Shown here: piece after piece, positions 33,079-36,759 of the stretch
How positions within the stretch are numbered: the first letter of the stretch is position 1
Layout of the letters: each line of letters begins with the position of its first letter
Source of the DNA: a virus
Taxonomy: Duplodnaviria; Caudoviricetes
DNA: 36,759 nucleotides
Reading direction: 5' to 3' (one strand)
Virus record (IMG/VR): IMGVR_UViG_3300020707_000012
Span: 1-36,759 of that record
Program-made: the position numbers and the translations under genes
Notes under the pieces: model-generated
What the model saw: only the letters and a program-made list of their open reading frames with translations
Databases searched by the model: none
Told to the model about the DNA's origin: nothing

Positions 33079-34529
33079 TATTTTGCAGTATTGATTGCCA
33101 TCTTGGGTGATGTGCTGCCTCCACCGCCACCAGTATCCTGTGGACTGGACCCAGCAATTGGATCAATTTTGGCCACTGGCTTGCCACTGATTGGCACATT
33201 GGTTTTGGAAATATTCATTGGGTCCAAAGCTGGCAATTGATCGCCCCCATCAACTTTGGGCATATTCAAATATTCTCTGGCCTCATTGGGTGTGAATATT
33301 CCAGCTGAAACACCAGCGGTCACAAAATTCATTTGATCCAATGCTGCGCCCTTCAAAAAGTCTTTGGTGTCAAATCTGATGCAAAGATTAGGGTATCCAC
33401 GCAGCAGCTGCTTGGTGAATTTTTGCTCGATGTTGATAATCATCGGATACATTGTTGTTTTGTAAAACTCATCGAGCAAAGTTTGGGTGTTGTTGTATTT
33501 GCCCATTTCCAAGCCCAGCAGCTGCGATGGAACACCAAACAATGCACAAATTCGCTTGGTTGTTTGGTCTTTCAATTTGGCTGCATCAGCATCTTGCAAC
33601 GTCAACATTTTCACAGTCTCAAATGTCATGCCCTGATCCAGCAGCATTCCTTGGCCTGGCTTGCTGGTGTCGGTGGGCTTTGAGCCAGTCATCGATGCCC
33701 AAGCTTCTTTCAGCCTGGCAGCAATTTCTTTGTACTTGGCATCTGGAATGACTTGATCTGTCTTGAACAATCCGCTTGGTTTTGCACCATTTTGCATTAC
33801 ATAGTTGGCATACAAGTCAATGTCTGTATCCAATGCCACCAATTCAGTGGCCAAAATGCCTTTGTTAAAACCAGCAGAGCCTTGCCACGCTGCCTCAGTA
33901 ATATGGATTACCTGGTATGGCAGCAATGGCTCATCCATGTTAAAACCATATGTTGGTGTGCTCATGCGATAGCTCGGATACCTCAAATTGGTCATCTGAA
34001 CTGTGATCAATGTGGCATCCAAGTTGTACATCTCGATGGGGGTTTGCATCGAGTCTTTGTTGTCTTTTCTCAGCAACAATGTAAAACATTCGCCAGCCAA
34101 ATCTTGCCACATACACCACTGATACCAAAACTCATATGCGTTTTGGAAGTTGTTTGGGTCTTGCAGCAAATTCATCACTTGCTTGGCTTTGGCTTTGTCT
34201 CTGCTGCCAACTTTGTCTGACTGCAGCGCATTGACAAAAGTGCCATCATCCATCTTGCACATGATGTTCACGCTGCACTGGGCCAATGCTCTGGCTTTGA
34301 CTCCTACACACGACATAATTGTCGAATTTCTCGACAATACCGACATATCGACAATGCGACCAGCGTTTGTGACGCTGCTGGTGGTCACATAAAGCAGCTG
34401 GAATGCAGAGCCTTGCTGGCCATTTTGATTGGTGCGGACAATTTGATTGCCCAGCTGGGTCTGGCCAAAAAGCGTATTTGATTCGCCTTTTACGCCTTTA
34501 TTGTTTCTGAAAAAGTCAAATATTCCCAT
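33078..34529 (-). CDS. Portal protein, HK97 family
   Basis: PNNFQNAYEFW, NGAKPSG, ICALFGVP, TPNEAREYLNMP..DGGD. Confidence 0.95.
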   Translation of the reverse strand: MGIFDFFRNNKGVKGESNTLFGQTQLGNQIVRTNQNGQQGSAFQLLYVTTSSVTNAGRIVDMSVLSRNSTIMSCVGVKARALAQCSVNIMCKMDDGTFVNALQSDKVGSRDKAKAKQVMNLLQDPNNFQNAYEFWYQWCMWQDLAGECFTLLLRKDNKDSMQTPIEMYNLDATLITVQMTNLRYPSYRMSTPTYGFNMDEPLLPYQVIHITEAAWQGSAGFNKGILATELVALDTDIDLYANYVMQNGAKPSGLFKTDQVIPDAKYKEIAARLKEAWASMTGSKPTDTSKPGQGMLLDQGMTFETVKMLTLQDADAAKLKDQTTKRICALFGVPSQLLGLEMGKYNNTQTLLDEFYKTTMYPMIINIEQKFTKQLLRGYPNLCIRFDTKDFLKGAALDQMNFVTAGVSAGIFTPNEAREYLNMPKVDGGDQLPALDPMNISKTNVPISGKPVAKIDPIAGSSPQDTGGGGGSTSPKMAINTAK

Positions 34530-34560
34530 GTTTTTCCCCCATTTGGGTCACATAGTATCA

Positions 34561-36222
34561 CTAAAACGATCTAAATCCAAACGAACTTGACGCATATGGA
34601 TTGTCCAAGCTGCAATGAGCTGCAATGATCATGGCAATAATGCCATCAACTTTGGCTGCTTTGTCTGCCTCATTTTTTCGCACTTTGATGTTGCCATTGA
34701 CATCCTCATAAACCTCGCAGTTTGACAATTGCCATCCCACAAATGGATTGCCATCATGCTTGATTTGCTTGTTCAGTATAAGTTTCTCCACATATTTCGA
34801 TGGATTTGATAACACGCCCATGCCCTGACCAACTTTTTTAACTGGGATGCCAGACTCATGCAGCCTGGCCACCAAACTCGCTGCATTGTATGCATCGTAT
34901 CCAACTTCCTTGACATTGTATTTTTCACATTGCTGCTTGATGTAATCGCTCACTTCTCGATCATCCATCACATTACCTTCAGTAATTTTCAAAATGCCAG
35001 ATTTGACTGCCACTCTAAAAATATCTGCATAATGCTTGGGAATCAACTCCAAACCAGCCTCTGGCAAAAAGAATTTGAATTCGGCTCGGTAGTCTAACTC
35101 GCCATATCGTTTCAATGTGCAGACTGCATTCAAATCTCGAGTGGCTGCCAAGTCAAATCCAATGAACACATCCTCTGGTGTTCGATCATCCTCAATTTGT
35201 GCAGCCTCATCCCAAAATGTCCGATCCAGCCAGGCACTTTGAGCTGACACAAAAATGTTCAGCGTTTTGCACAAAAACTCATTGAGTGCAGCTGGCTTGT
35301 GCTTGGCCTCCTCGGCCCTTTGCGCAATGGCCTCCTCAAACACTGAAATGCCATGCATTGGATTTGCCTTGGCCCAGACTGCTGAATCACGCCAATCATC
35401 TTTGGCATCCAGCGCATAAAGCAGCCCAAACCATCTTGGATTGTCGTTGGCCTCACCATATAACATGGATTGGTACATTGACATATCCTCATAAAACTTG
35501 GTGTCTTTGGTAAATGACGCAGTTGTAATGTAAATCCTCAAAGGATTCTGTCTGGCCACCATACCTGAGTGCAGTACCTCGATGGAATTCCTGTCCACAA
35601 TCTGTGCAGCCTCATCGATGATCACGCAGCTGGGATTCTTACCATCACCTGTCTTTTTTGTGTCTCGGCTCAAAGCCTTAAACATTGATTGACTGTCTCC
35701 AGCTTTTTTGACTTCATATTTACTGGGATTGAATCGATCAGCCAATTCTTTGGGCATATGCTCAATGAATCCTTTAGCCGAATCAAAAACAATGGTGGCC
35801 TGTTCCCTGTTGGTGGCCAATGTAAATACCTCTGGTCCAGCCTCGCCAAATTGCAGCTCATATAAACCCAAAATGGCCGTGATGGTCGATTTGCCAGCTT
35901 TCCTTGGAATGAACAAAATCACATCTGTGACCATTCTCTTTGTTCGATTTTTTTTGGACCTAAAACCATAAATGGCACAAATCAACAAAATCTGAAATGG
36001 CTCGAGCAAAATCGGATCGCCAGCATTGGGACCCTTGGTGTGTTTCAATGTGGCTGCAAAATTTAAAACGTGTTGAGGATAATCCTCATCAAAAATCCAT
36101 TCCCAATCTTTGTTTTCATATTGATTGATAAATCGCTGACACGCCAGCCTGACATCCTGGCAAACATTGATTTCACCTCGGCTGACTTGCGTTGCATAAA
36201 GAATTCCATCTTGCCAATTCAT
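34561..36222 (-). CDS. terL: Terminase large subunit
   Basis: PRKAGKS Walker A, IIDE Walker B, WAKANP, GFDLA, KVDGIIA. Confidence 0.96.
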   Translation of the reverse strand: MNWQDGILYATQVSRGEINVCQDVRLACQRFINQYENKDWEWIFDEDYPQHVLNFAATLKHTKGPNAGDPILLEPFQILLICAIYGFRSKKNRTKRMVTDVILFIPRKAGKSTITAILGLYELQFGEAGPEVFTLATNREQATIVFDSAKGFIEHMPKELADRFNPSKYEVKKAGDSQSMFKALSRDTKKTGDGKNPSCVIIDEAAQIVDRNSIEVLHSGMVARQNPLRIYITTASFTKDTKFYEDMSMYQSMLYGEANDNPRWFGLLYALDAKDDWRDSAVWAKANPMHGISVFEEAIAQRAEEAKHKPAALNEFLCKTLNIFVSAQSAWLDRTFWDEAAQIEDDRTPEDVFIGFDLAATRDLNAVCTLKRYGELDYRAEFKFFLPEAGLELIPKHYADIFRVAVKSGILKITEGNVMDDREVSDYIKQQCEKYNVKEVGYDAYNAASLVARLHESGIPVKKVGQGMGVLSNPSKYVEKLILNKQIKHDGNPFVGWQLSNCEVYEDVNGNIKVRKNEADKAAKVDGIIAMIIAAHCSLDNPYASSSFGFRSF

Positions 36223-36692
36223 GCAGCTTTTGGCCCTCTAAGTAATGTGTCAATTGAACTGGATTCTTTGGTTGCCTTTCCAGACAATCTGGCTTTGGGG
36301 GTTAACCCCAATTCACCCATCAATCGAATGCATTGCTCCAAAGCCTTGGCCCTGATATTGACCAATGGATTAATGGCTGCAGTTTTGCCATCATTGTGCC
36401 AAATCATCAGCTGGTCGTTTGTGAGCTGCATATTGCAGCTGACGTACATTTCCATGGTGTCGGCCAGCATTCCCAATGTGTGTCGATTCTGGTTATCCCC
36501 AATCCCATAAACATCAAACAAAAAATCTGATGCCTCTTTGACAAATTGCTTTTTGTCAAATTTTTCTGGATGGTCATGCCATTCCGCAAATGGCATTCTG
36601 GTTTTCAGCTCGGCTGGGATGGCTGCTGGTTTCCCAGACTTACGCACCATGCGTGTGCCTTCAACTGCGTGTAACTCGGCTGGTTTTTTCAT
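36219..36692 (-). CDS. terS: Terminase small subunit (P27 family)
   Basis: KPAELH..EGT, NPLV, ELGLTPKAR. Confidence 0.9.
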   Translation of the reverse strand: MKKPAELHAVEGTRMVRKSGKPAAIPAELKTRMPFAEWHDHPEKFDKKQFVKEASDFLFDVYGIGDNQNRHTLGMLADTMEMYVSCNMQLTNDQLMIWHNDGKTAAINPLVNIRAKALEQCIRLMGELGLTPKARLSGKATKESSSIDTLLRGPKAA

Positions 36693-36759
36693 AATAGTTT
36701 TTTCCTATCAGTTTGGGGAAACCAATTGATCCCCCCTATTTGTTTTGCAGAAAATTGGG

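Larger units (their letters stand above)
1..36759. mobile_element. Near-complete genome of a cos-type siphovirus-like tailed phage
   Basis: Complete packaging, head, tail, lysis and replication modules and no host genes. The HNH gene at the left end and terS at the right end become adjacent and co-oriented on circularisation. Confidence 0.92.

Overview
The window looks like an essentially complete ~36.8-kb tailed phage genome with HK97-like head genes and a long non-contractile tail. It is probably cut at the cos site: HNH gene at the left end, terminase small subunit at the right end. Almost all genes are on the minus strand. Read from the right: terS, terL, portal, prohead protease, TWO tandem paralogous HK97-fold capsid genes, head-tail genes, tail tube, frameshifted tail chaperones, tape measure, tail tip and fibres, a Gly-X-Ser low-complexity fibre, a methyltransferase/glycosyltransferase cassette, and an expanded lysis cassette (GH19 endolysin, nested Rz/Rz1, so a Gram-negative host). 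A divergent control region near 8 kb drives a short + strand operon (DUF2815 SSB, Xis-like HTH) and a minus-strand replication operon (SNF2 helicase, DUF2800 nuclease, primase-helicase, iteron-rich putative origin, VRR-NUC). I recognised no integrase, CI-like repressor, DNA polymerase, tRNA or CRISPR array. The most notable signals are the dual capsid system with a terminator between the genes, a candidate virion glycosylation system paired with a Ser-rich fibre, a shared 10-bp-phased operator at two promoter regions, and two candidate structured cis-RNAs. All family assignments are by eye from motifs and gene order; no searches were run.
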